Source: an uncultured Planctomycetota bacterium
GTDB taxonomy: Bacteria > Planctomycetota > Planctomycetia > Gemmatales > Gemmataceae
Assembly (NCBI GenBank): GCA_963849325.1
Contig: CAWKHF010000007.1
Location: 544,001-608,000 of the forward strand
Reading direction: 5' to 3'
DNA: 64,000 bases
Positions 1 to 9,032 of the stretch are shown one piece after another (positions within the stretch are counted from its first letter, which is position 1; each line of letters opens with the position of its first letter). Made by a program: the position numbers and the translations under genes. Below the pieces are notes generated by a model that did not search any database, was not told the origin of the DNA, and worked only from the letters and a program-made list of their open reading frames with translations.

Positions 1-2478
1 ACCGGCAAGACGCTCGCCGCTTTCCTCCCGATCCTGACGCAGCTACTCCTATGCGGAAGGGAAGACAGACCCCATTCGGCATTGTCTTGCTTGTACGTCT
101 CGCCGCTCAAGGCACTGAGCAACGACACCTACCGGACGCTGGCGGGGCACGTCGAGGAACTGACGGCGTTATGGCCCGGCGCTCGCGTACCGCGTCTGGG
201 GGTGCGCAGCGGCGATTCGACGGCGACGGAGCGGCGGCGATTGCGCACGCATCCGCCGGACATCCTGCTGACCACTCCCGAGAGCATCGCGGTGCTGCTC
301 AGCCAGCCGATGGCCCGGCAACTGTTCGCCGGCCTGCGCTGGGTCGTGGTCGATGAGGTACACGCCCTGGCCGCGAGCAAACGGGGCGCGGACCTGGCCC
401 TGAGCCTGGAACGGCTGGCGCAGTTGTGCGGCGGACGACTCCAGCGCATCGGCCTATCGGCTACTGCCACGCCGCTCGTTGAGGCCGCGCGTTGGTTGAC
501 CGGCGAGAGCTGCGCCATTGCGCAAGCGAGAGACGGGACACCGTTGCAACTGACGATCCGCCCGCTGGAGGAGAGCGGACATTTCCTGGCCACGCTCGTC
601 GATCAGATCGCCCCGGAAGTGCGCGGCAACCGAGCGACGCTGATCTTCACGAACACGCGGCGGCTGACGGAGCAACTGGCCTGGGCACTGCGGCGCAACC
701 TGCCGGAGTTGCAAGAGCACATCGCCGTACACCATTCGTCGCTGGCGGCGGAGCGCCGCCGCGAAGTCGAGGAGAAGTTCAAGCAGGGGCACTTGCGGGC
801 GGTGGTCAGCAGCACGAGCCTGGAGCTGGGCATCGACATCGGCAGCATCGACCTGGCCGTGCTGGTGCATCCGCCCGGCGACGTGATCCGTCTGCTGCAG
901 CGCGTCGGCCGGGCCGGTCACGGGCCGGGTCGCGTCAAACGCGGCCTGGTGCTGACGGCGACCGAGGCCGAATTGCTGGAGGCCGCCGTCACCGCCGTCT
1001 CCGGCGAGGCGGGCCAGTGTGAACCGCTGCGCATCCCTGTCCACCCGCTCGACGTCCTGTGCCAGCACATTCTCGGCATGGCGGCGGTGCGGGCCTGGTC
1101 GGCGGACGAGATGTTCGATCTCGTCCGCCGCGCTGCCCCCTACCGCGATCTGTCGCGCCGCGATTTCGACGATTGTCTGGCCTATCTCGGTTGCCGGCCG
1201 ACGGCGGACGAGGCGGGTTGGTTGCCGCCGCGTTTGCAGGGTAGACCGGAGAGCTTCACCATCCTCGATCCGCGAACGGCCCGCTTGCTCCGCCGCAACC
1301 TCGGCACCATCCTCGCCGATCCCACCTACGTCGTAAATCGTGGAGGGTGGAGGGTGGAGGGTGGAGGGAAAAATGCCGCTTCTACCCTCCACCCTCCACC
1401 CTCCACCCTCCACCCGACCGACACCCTCCACCCGACCGACACCCTCCGCGTTGGCGAGGTCCAGCAGGCGTTCGCCGAGCGCTTGCGACCGGGTGATCGC
1501 TTTCTGCTCGATGGCCGCTGTCTGCAAGTCTGCTCGGTGCGTCCCGAAGAAAGTGTGCTGTACGTCGAGGAGGTGACCGGCCGGCCAGTGGTGCCCCGTT
1601 GGGGGGGCAATGGCTGGCCGCTGTCCTCGGAACTGGCTGGCCGTCTGTACCTGCTGCGCGTGCAGGCCGCGGAAGCTCTGCGCGATGGTCCGCACGCGCT
1701 GACCGAACTGCTGCGGCGCGATTTCCGACTGGATGACAAGGCCGTCGCCGTTTTGTCCGCGTTCTTCCAGCGGCAGGAATGCGTCAGTGAAATACCGGAC
1801 TCGGCCGGTTGCCTGGTCGAGATCGTCGCCCACGACGAGGGTGCCGACTACTATGTGCATACCCCCCTCAACCGTCTCGGCAATGACGCCCTGGCACGGG
1901 TGGCCGTGCATCGGCTGGCACGCGACCGGGGGCGCTCCGCCGACTCCATCGTGGCGGACCTCGGTTTCGCGCTGCTGGTTCGCGGCGAACCGCGGCCGGG
2001 CGAAGCGAGCGCGGAAATGCTGCGGGACCTGCTGGCCGCCTCGGGCTTCGAGGAAGACCTGGATGCGGCCCTGGAGGGAAGCGCCGCCGTGCGCGAACGC
2101 TTTCAATGCGTGGCGCAGACCGGACTGATGCTGCTGCGGCAGCCCCTGGGACGGAGGCGGCGCGTCGGCGGACGAGACTGGGGCGCACGCCGCCTCTTCG
2201 ACAAGGTCCAGGCGCGGGACGCGGATTTCGTGCTGCTGCGGCAGGCGCGACGCGAGGTCCGACGCGAACGGTGCGATGCCGCGGCGGCAAACTCCTACGT
2301 GCGAGACCTGGAACGACGGCCCTTGCGCTGCCGCCGGCTGGCCCAGCCGTCGCCGTTCGTCGAAGGTTGGACGCAAATCGGATCGGGGGCGGCCGCTAAC
2401 GTCGAGACACCGGCGGAGGCCCTTCTGCGTCTGCATGAGTCGCTGACGGAGGCAAGCAACGATGCGCGTCCTGAATGA
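1..2478 (+). CDS. lhr: Lhr-family ATP-dependent DEAH-box helicase (5' truncated by window)
   Basis: Frame 1 is open from base 1 (TGKT Walker A end). Motifs: YVSPLKALSND, LLTTPES, VVVDEVH, GLSAT, HHSSL, SSLELGIDIG, QRVGRAGH, HPLDVLCQH. Confidence 0.9.
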   Translation, partial: TGKTLAAFLPILTQLLLCGREDRPHSALSCLYVSPLKALSNDTYRTLAGHVEELTALWPGARVPRLGVRSGDSTATERRRLRTHPPDILLTTPESIAVLLSQPMARQLFAGLRWVVVDEVHALAASKRGADLALSLERLAQLCGGRLQRIGLSATATPLVEAARWLTGESCAIAQARDGTPLQLTIRPLEESGHFLATLVDQIAPEVRGNRATLIFTNTRRLTEQLAWALRRNLPELQEHIAVHHSSLAAERRREVEEKFKQGHLRAVVSSTSLELGIDIGSIDLAVLVHPPGDVIRLLQRVGRAGHGPGRVKRGLVLTATEAELLEAAVTAVSGEAGQCEPLRIPVHPLDVLCQHILGMAAVRAWSADEMFDLVRRAAPYRDLSRRDFDDCLAYLGCRPTADEAGWLPPRLQGRPESFTILDPRTARLLRRNLGTILADPTYVVNRGGWRVEGGGKNAASTLHPPPSTLHPTDTLHPTDTLRVGEVQQAFAERLRPGDRFLLDGRCLQVCSVRPEESVLYVEEVTGRPVVPRWGGNGWPLSSELAGRLYLLRVQAAEALRDGPHALTELLRRDFRLDDKAVAVLSAFFQRQECVSEIPDSAGCLVEIVAHDEGADYYVHTPLNRLGNDALARVAVHRLARDRGRSADSIVADLGFALLVRGEPRPGEASAEMLRDLLAASGFEEDLDAALEGSAAVRERFQCVAQTGLMLLRQPLGRRRRVGGRDWGARRLFDKVQARDADFVLLRQARREVRRERCDAAAANSYVRDLERRPLRCRRLAQPSPFVEGWTQIGSGAAANVETPAEALLRLHESLTEASNDARPE
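1340..1447. repeat. In-frame palindromic heptamer element (GTGGAGG)4 ... (ACCCTCC)4 plus short tandem duplication, inside lhr
   Basis: Directly visible inverted tandem arrays; translates as GGWRVEGGG...STLHPPPSTLHPTDTLHPTDTL. Confidence 0.9.
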
Positions 2479-3202
2479 CTGGTTGCTGACGCCGGAACGG
2501 GTGGCCGTGTATCTGCCCAGTGCGACGGCCGTCCTCGCCGACCCACATCTTGGCTACGCCGAGGCCCGGCGGCGCAGCGGCGAGGCAGTGCCGGACGATT
2601 CTCTCGACGAGCAACTCGCCGGCCTGTGCCGCGTGATGCGGCGTCACGCCGCGAAGCGCCTGGTCATCGCCGGCGACCTGCTCGAAGACGGCCGCTGTCA
2701 TGAGACGCTGACGGCCTTTCGTCACTGGTTGAGGCAGGCCGGTATCGAGTTGGCGGGCGTCGTGCCGGGTAATCACGATGCCGGTCTGGAAACGTCCTTG
2801 GCAACCTCGAAACTCCCTCTCTATCCCGACGGTTTTTCCCTCGGCGAGTGGAAGGTGATCCACGGAGATGGCGCCATCCCGGACGGTCGCGTGGTGCAGG
2901 GCCACGAACACCCCTGCCTGCGCTGGGTGCCAACGGCGCGAGCGGTTCGGCCGCGTTTTTTCCGCGACCGAACCGCTCCGGGCGTCCTTGACGGGGCTTG
3001 CTATCTGGCGGGTCCGCAGCGTCTGGTCCTACCGGCCTTCTCAGCGGAAGCGGCCGGTGTCAACGTCCTGTCCGTTCGGCGCTGGCGGTCGTACCGCTGT
3101 TACGTCCTCGCCGGGGAACGTGTGCTGGACCTGGGAGAATTGGCGACCCTCCGCTCCCGGCTCGCGGTCGCCGGCCGAGCGCCGCGCGTCGATTACCAGT
3201 AA
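2462..3202 (+). CDS. Lhr-associated metallophosphoesterase (calcineurin-like, MPE/PdeM-like)
   Basis: ADPHLG, IAGDL, PGNHD, IHGD and GHEHP motifs; overlaps the lhr stop. Confidence 0.85.
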   Translation: MRVLNDWLLTPERVAVYLPSATAVLADPHLGYAEARRRSGEAVPDDSLDEQLAGLCRVMRRHAAKRLVIAGDLLEDGRCHETLTAFRHWLRQAGIELAGVVPGNHDAGLETSLATSKLPLYPDGFSLGEWKVIHGDGAIPDGRVVQGHEHPCLRWVPTARAVRPRFFRDRTAPGVLDGACYLAGPQRLVLPAFSAEAAGVNVLSVRRWRSYRCYVLAGERVLDLGELATLRSRLAVAGRAPRVDYQ

Positions 3203-3919
3203 CGCAGCTTCCACCAGTCCTGCTTGGTCGCGGTCTTGCTGAACCACCAGAAACAGTCATCCCACTCCAGCTTCACCGAACGCCAGCCGAGGGGGATCTT
3301 GGGGAACGGGTAGCAAGGCCCGATGAATGGAAAGGCGTTGTACGGATACGCCAGCGGATACCCCACGCGCGAGTAATTGTTGTACGGCGCGTACGTCGGC
3401 CAGGCATAGGGCGGCATACGGGGCGGATTGAGGCTATGCGGCGCGGGTGGGCGCCTGGAAGATGGGCATCGCTTCCGGCGGCGCCTGACCCGGTGCGGCC
3501 TGCGGCGCGGGGTTCGCCGGGACCGGGTTGGCGGGCGGCAGACCTTGGAGCGTGCCCGGAACGCCGCCGGCCTGCACCGGCACGACCGTTTCGGCCACGG
3601 TCAAATGATCGACCACCCGCTCGACGCCGGCAACGCCCTGTACGAGTCGCACCACCTGTTCGCGCTGCCCGGCATCGGCCACGGCGCCGCTTAACTCGGC
3701 CAGGCCGTCCGTAAAGGAGATATCCACGTCGTAATGTCGCAAAAGGCCGCTCTGGTGGAGCTGGGCGGCGATGCGGTCGGCTGTCTGTTGGTTGGTGGCG
3801 GGAGCGACGTTCAGAGGCGAGGGTTCACACGCGGGCGGCTCCGCCGCTGGGGCCAGCCAGGGTTGCAACACCGACAACCCCAGGGCGAAGGCCAGGGAAA
3901 AACGGGCAGGAACGGTCAC
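3193..3919 (-). CDS. Secreted BON-domain protein with aromatic/Pro-rich C-terminus (indel near 3430)
   Basis: GTG start after an AGGAGG SD; signal peptide; BON-like DGLAELSGAV...VQGVAGVERVVDHL; continues into the 3193..3417 ORF. Confidence 0.7.
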
Positions 3920-4265
3920 GGCAACATCCTCCTGATGTAAGCGCATCGCAGACGATGGGTAACTATTCCCGATGAATGCCGTCCGGTCAAATCCGCGAAA
4001 TGATCGCCGTGCGATTCGTCGCCGCCCCGCGCCGGTCTCGGAGGAAAAAAGCTCCCGTCGAGCATCCTCGGCAAAAAGCCATCCGCAGCGCGAAATCCGC
4101 GCTCCTTGTCGAAGAATGGCTTCAAGAGGCTACTTACCTCATTGGTGGAAACGACTTGCAATCAGCCCTCGGCAAGGGAGTTGCCAGCGCACGCAAGTCG
4201 CCTCGAAGGATACGGAATAGAATACGCCGTAATCGTGCGTTCTTCTTCCGAAAGGAGCCATCCTC

Positions 4266-5972
4266 ATGCGATCCTTCCCGACTGCCATGACCCTGTTGGC
4301 GTTCTGCATTCCGGCGCTCGGCCAGGAGAACACCAAGACCTTTACGTACACGAAGACAAAGCAGGCCGACCTCGAAATGGTCGTCCACTTTCCTCCCGGC
4401 TGGAAGGAAACCGACAAACGGCCCGGTATCGTCTTCTTCTTCGGCGGCGGCTGGGAGAATGGGACGATCCAGGCGTTCGAGCCGCAGGCACAATACTTCG
4501 CCAGCCGAGGCCTGGTGACGGCACGGGCCGACTATCGGGTGAAATCTCGTCACGGCGTCACGCCCAAGGAATGCGTGGAGGATGCTCGGAGCGCGATTCG
4601 TTGGTTCCGTCAGAATGCGGCCCCATTGGGCGTCGATCCGGACAAGATCGTGGCGTCGGGCGGCTCGGCGGGAGGTCACATCGCTGCCTGTACCACCTTG
4701 ATGTCCGCGTCGGAAGGCAAAGACGAGAAGGTTTCGTGCCAAGCGAACGCACTACTCCTCTTCAATCCGGTACTTCGTTTCGGGCCGCGGTTGCTCAAGA
4801 GGGTGGACAACGACGAAGCGGTGGGCAAGGCGATCTCGCCGATCCTGTATCTGACCAAAGACAGCCCGCCCACCTTGCTGTTCTTCGGCACCGACGACTT
4901 CCTCATCAAGCAGGGCGAGGAATTCATCCAGCGCTCGAAGGAACTTGGGCACCGCTGCGAGATGTTCACCGCCGAGAAGCAACCGCACGCCTTCTTCCAC
5001 AAGTCGCCGTGGAAGGAAAAAACGCTGCAACGGGCCGACGAGTTCCTGGCCTCGCTGGGCTACCTTCAAGGGAAACCGACGATCGCGGTCCCCGATGCGA
5101 AGAAGGAGAAGCCGAAGGTGCAACCCGGGCCGAAGGTGCCGCCAACCTTCGAGAACGTGAAATACGGCCCGCATGAGCGCAATGTGCTGGACTTCTGGCA
5201 GGCCAAGTCGCAACAACCGACGCCGGTGCTGGTGTCGATCCACGGCGGCGGGTTCGTGGCGGGCAACAAGAGCGTCAGGCCGTTTATTCGGAAGGAATGC
5301 CTCGACAATGGCATCTCGGTCGCCGCCATCAACTATCGTTATTCGACGCAGGCCATCGCACCGGCACCGTTTCAGGACGGGGCCCGGGCCGTCCAGTTCC
5401 TTCGCTCCAAGGCGAAGGAATGGAACCTCGACGCGAAACGCTTCGCTGCCACGGGCGGCTCCGCCGGTGCGGGCATCTCGTTGTGGCTCAGCTTCCACAA
5501 GGACATGGCCGACCCGAAGAATGACGATCCGGTCCTGCGCCAGTCCACACGGCTGACGTGCCTGTTTGTCTTCGAGGGGCAAACGTCCTACGATCCGAGG
5601 TTCATTCGCAAGCTGTTCCCGGACAAGGACATTTACAAGATCGGCGCCCTGCAAAAACTCTTCGACTTCGACCCGAATCAACTCGACCATCTGCCGGCCG
5701 AGAAGTACAAGCTGTTCGAGGAATGCTCGCCGATCACGCACGTCACGAAGGACGCTCCACCCGTGCTGCTGATTTACAACAACCCGATTGACGCCAAGAT
5801 CACCAACCCGGGGATCGGCATTCACCATCCCCTGTTCGGCAAGGCGCTCAAGGAAAAGATGGACGCCCTCAAGGTTCCATGCGAAGTCGTTGCGGCGGGC
5901 AAACGGCTTGACGGCGGCATGCCGACAAGGACCATCGACTTCCTGCGAGAGCATTTGGGGATCAAGAAGTGA
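4266..5972 (+). CDS. Secreted tandem alpha/beta hydrolase (two esterase-like domains)
   Basis: Signal peptide; domain 1 FFGGGW/GGSAGG; domain 2 IHGGGF/GGSAGA; AAGGAG SD. Confidence 0.85.
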   Translation: MRSFPTAMTLLAFCIPALGQENTKTFTYTKTKQADLEMVVHFPPGWKETDKRPGIVFFFGGGWENGTIQAFEPQAQYFASRGLVTARADYRVKSRHGVTPKECVEDARSAIRWFRQNAAPLGVDPDKIVASGGSAGGHIAACTTLMSASEGKDEKVSCQANALLLFNPVLRFGPRLLKRVDNDEAVGKAISPILYLTKDSPPTLLFFGTDDFLIKQGEEFIQRSKELGHRCEMFTAEKQPHAFFHKSPWKEKTLQRADEFLASLGYLQGKPTIAVPDAKKEKPKVQPGPKVPPTFENVKYGPHERNVLDFWQAKSQQPTPVLVSIHGGGFVAGNKSVRPFIRKECLDNGISVAAINYRYSTQAIAPAPFQDGARAVQFLRSKAKEWNLDAKRFAATGGSAGAGISLWLSFHKDMADPKNDDPVLRQSTRLTCLFVFEGQTSYDPRFIRKLFPDKDIYKIGALQKLFDFDPNQLDHLPAEKYKLFEECSPITHVTKDAPPVLLIYNNPIDAKITNPGIGIHHPLFGKALKEKMDALKVPCEVVAAGKRLDGGMPTRTIDFLREHLGIKK

Positions 5973-6004
5973 CTGCGCCGCTGCGTGGAGGTCGAGGCAT
6001 GACT

Positions 6005-6530
6005 CGCCTCGTCCCCGCGCGGCTCGATCCGGTGCGGGACTGGATCGCGCACTACGATCGGTTCTGGGATGGCCACTTCCAACGGCTTCAGAATCATCTA
6101 ACCAAAGGGAACGAAAAATAACGGAAAGTATTCGAAGTGCCAAGCGCACCACCAAGCGGGCCGCGAAGAAGGCGGCCGCGCCGCCGGACTGCGCGGACAA
6201 GGCGGACGGGGAAAGTCGCCGTGCTCGCGAAGTCAGCGACGTGGATCAGAGGTCCGCCCCGCCGACCTACTTGATCGAGTGGGACCGGCACACGCTGGAC
6301 CACATGCACCCCGTCTACCGCTTCCTCGCTGTCGGCAAACGGCACCACGTCGTCGGCCCGTGAGTGCAGGATCGTCGTGTTCTGCTTCACGGTCCTGGCG
6401 GTCCCGTGCTTCCTCCAGGCAGGGCAAAGTAGCACCAGCGGGGTGTCGCCTCTGTCGGGGTTCCTGGCCACGGCCCCGCCCCGTGAAGAGCCGACGACAC
6501 GGCGGGCTGCGACCAGCGCCCGCTCGGTCG
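6005..6530. pseudogene. Mosaic of gene fragments (ArsR-like C-terminus, unknown protein fragment, opposite-strand alpha/beta hydrolase fragment)
   Basis: + 6005-6121 RLVPARLDPVRDWIAHYDRFWDGHFQRLQNHL; + about 6240-6321 VDQRSAPPTYLIEWDRHTLDHMHPVYR; - about 6322-6500 VVGSSRGGAVA...LVLLCPAW...ILHSRADDVVPFADSEE. Confidence 0.55.
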
Positions 6531-6680
6531 TCGCCTCGCAGGGGGCTACTCCCTGAGTAAAATAGGGCCTTAACTTACGGCGGAAGGCGGGTGCGCCCTC
6601 AGCCCTTCCCCCGGCCCCGTCAACGACGACGTTGGTGCAGCAATACATGCGCCGTCCCGGGCGTTTTGAGGCACGAACCG

Positions 6681-6743
6681 AATGTGGCGGCACGTTTGTA
6701 ACGTGCCGTACAATCCAACACGTTGAAAACGTGTTGCCACATT
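6681..6743. repeat. REP-like double palindrome (GTGGCGGCACGTT..AACGTG type)
   Basis: AATGTGGC...GCCACATT outer inverted repeat enclosing two CACGTT-N2-AACGTG palindromes. Confidence 0.7.
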
Positions 6744-7044
6744 TTGTTAGAGCCTCTTACGGTCGCGGCTCGGTTCCTTTCGTCAGGTGACACTTCGGAA
6801 ATTGACAAAGCTGTTAGATCGCAGGGAGAAGTTTCTTCTTTTTCTCCGCGCTTCGCGGTAGGTTGCAATCCGAATGGAGTTGCGGCGGCACTGGGCCGAC
6901 AAGAGGGGACGAAGGAGGACGGAAAGATCGCTATCTTCTTCATAATCATTCTCACCCCAATTATCCGATTAAATGCTACGTTCTCCCAGGCCCGATCGAC
7001 CGCCCGCCTGTTCGGATCGAAGGATGGGAAAAGGAGCCATACGG

Positions 7045-8773
7045 ATGGAACGATTCGGCAGGTTCATCCTTGTCCTCCCGCCTCTGCTGTTGCCGTGGTT
7101 TGTGTCGTTGCCCTGCCGCGCCCAGCCCCCGACCCCTGCGCCGACGATAACCGTCCCGACCCCTCCGCCAGCGGGCGGCGTTGCCGAGCGGACTCCGTTC
7201 CCTCAACAGCTTGAGACGACCGCGCAGCCAAGCCTGAAGTCTCCCCTGGAGGTGCCACCGCCGGCCAGCGGCGAAGTCGTGGAGATGAAACTTCCACCCC
7301 TGGAGCCGGGCGATCGGCGTTTTCCGATCAACCTGGCCACGGCCTTGCGACTGGCCGACGCTCGGCCGTTAATGGTGGCCGCCGCCCAGGCCAGCGCCTG
7401 GGTGGCCGAAGCGAAACTCCAGAAGGCCAAGGTCCTCTGGGTTCCCTCTTTTATGATGAACGCCGTTTACATGCGGCACGATGGCTACGGCCCAGACTTC
7501 AACGGCGGCATTAACATTCCTCAGGGCGAAAATGCTTTCGGGCAACCTGCGCCCGGCAGTTTTGGCAAACCCCTGAACCAGAACCTCAACTGGTTCTTCT
7601 CCGGTGTCTCGCTGTATCAGGCCGTCGCCATGACCGACGCGATTTTTCAGCCGTTGGCCGCGCGGCAAGATCTCAATGCCAAACGCTGGGACATTCAGAG
7701 TGCCAAAAATAATGTCCTGCTGGAAACCGCCTCCGCCTATTTCAACGTCCATCGCTTCCGGGGGCGTTACACGGGTGCCCTGTACTGCGTTGAAGAAGGC
7801 CGTAAGCTCCTGGCCAAGATTAACTCGTTGAGCAAGGATCTGGTGCCGAGCGTCGAGGTGGACCGTGCCCGGAACCTACTTGCCTTCCTGGAGGTGCAGG
7901 CCGTCTCCGACCGCGAAAACTGGCGCGTTGCCAGCGCCGATCTTACGCAAGTGCTCCGTCTCGATCCTCGGGCCGTGGTCGAACCCGTGGAAAACGATCA
8001 CATGCAGTTCACCTTGATCGACCCCGACCGTTCCCTCGATGACCTGATCCCCCTCGGCCTGACCAACCGCCCGGAATTGGCCTCGCAGCAAGCGCTCATC
8101 CAGGCGACCCTGGTACGCATCCGTCAGGAGAAGATGCGGCCTCTCTTGCCCTCCATTATCCTTTCGGGTTGGCAAACGCCGGGCGGCATGACGACCCAGG
8201 CCGGCATTTTCGCGACCGGCAACGGCGGGAAGCTTAATTTGTGGAGTTTCCGCGACGACATCAGCACGCAGATAGTCTGGCAAATGCAAAACTTGGGCTT
8301 TGGCAACGCCGCCTTAATCAAGAAGCGGCGCGGAGAGCAATCGCAGGCCACCGCGGAGTTGTTCCGCTTGCAAGACGCCGTCGCCTCGGATATTACCCAG
8401 GCCCAAGCAAAATTGCAATCGGCGGCCGCCCGCGTCGTCCAGGCCGAACGTTCGTTGCAAACGAGCCTTGTCACCTTCCAAAAGAACCTGGAGGGTCTGG
8501 GCCAAACGCGGCGATTTGGGAACCTCCTCGAATTGGTCTACCGGCCGCAGGAAGTGGTCTATGCCCTCAAGCTGTTGAAGCTGGCATTTGACGAGTATTT
8601 CGGCACGGTAGCGGAGTACAACACGGCGCAATTCGAGTTGTTCCACGCGCCTCGGTTATCCGGCGCGGGAAATCTCGTTCCTCCAGACGCCCGGCGAAAT
8701 CGCCCCCGTAGACACGTCGCGGCCCAATTATCTGCCCTCGGTCGGCACAGGACCGCCGCCAGCGACACGCTAA
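7045..8773 (+). CDS. TolC/outer-membrane efflux family protein, paralogue 1 (extra base near 8650)
   Basis: AAGGAG SD, signal peptide, FPINLATALRLA, two OEP-like repeats (AYFNVHR; NRPELA...). Removing one base restores the LGYPAREIS...GTGPPPATR tail of paralogue 3. Confidence 0.8.
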
Positions 8774-8777
8774 AAAA

Positions 8778-9012
8778 GTTCCGAGTTCGGAGTTCTGAGT
8801 TCGGAGTGAAAAACAACCGCTTGTTTCTTTCACTTAGCGTCTGTCCGGTAAGCCCCTCTCCCCCGGTACTCCGGGGGAGAGGGGTTGGGGTGAGGGGGTG
8901 TGCTTTCCGCGAGTTTCTCGCCCCCTCACCCCCAACCCCTCTCCCCCGAGTACGGGGGAGAGGGGGGCTTGTGGGACAGACTCTCAGAACTCAGAACTCC
9001 GAACTCCGAACT
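8778..9012. repeat. (GAGTTCT)n/(AGAACTC)n heptamer hairpin element, interrupted by an insertion
   Basis: Arms and central loop match the intact copy at 36706-36795. Confidence 0.85.
8837..8983. mobile_element. 147-bp MITE-like insertion with terminal inverted repeats, carrying a CCCTCTCCC/GGGAGAGGG palindrome pair
   Basis: Ends GCGTCTGTCC...GGACAGACTC (9/10 IR, 16/20 extended); flanked by TTA and TCA; absent from the sister element at 36706. Confidence 0.65.
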
Positions 9013-9032
9013 AGGAGATGGGAGGCTTTCGG

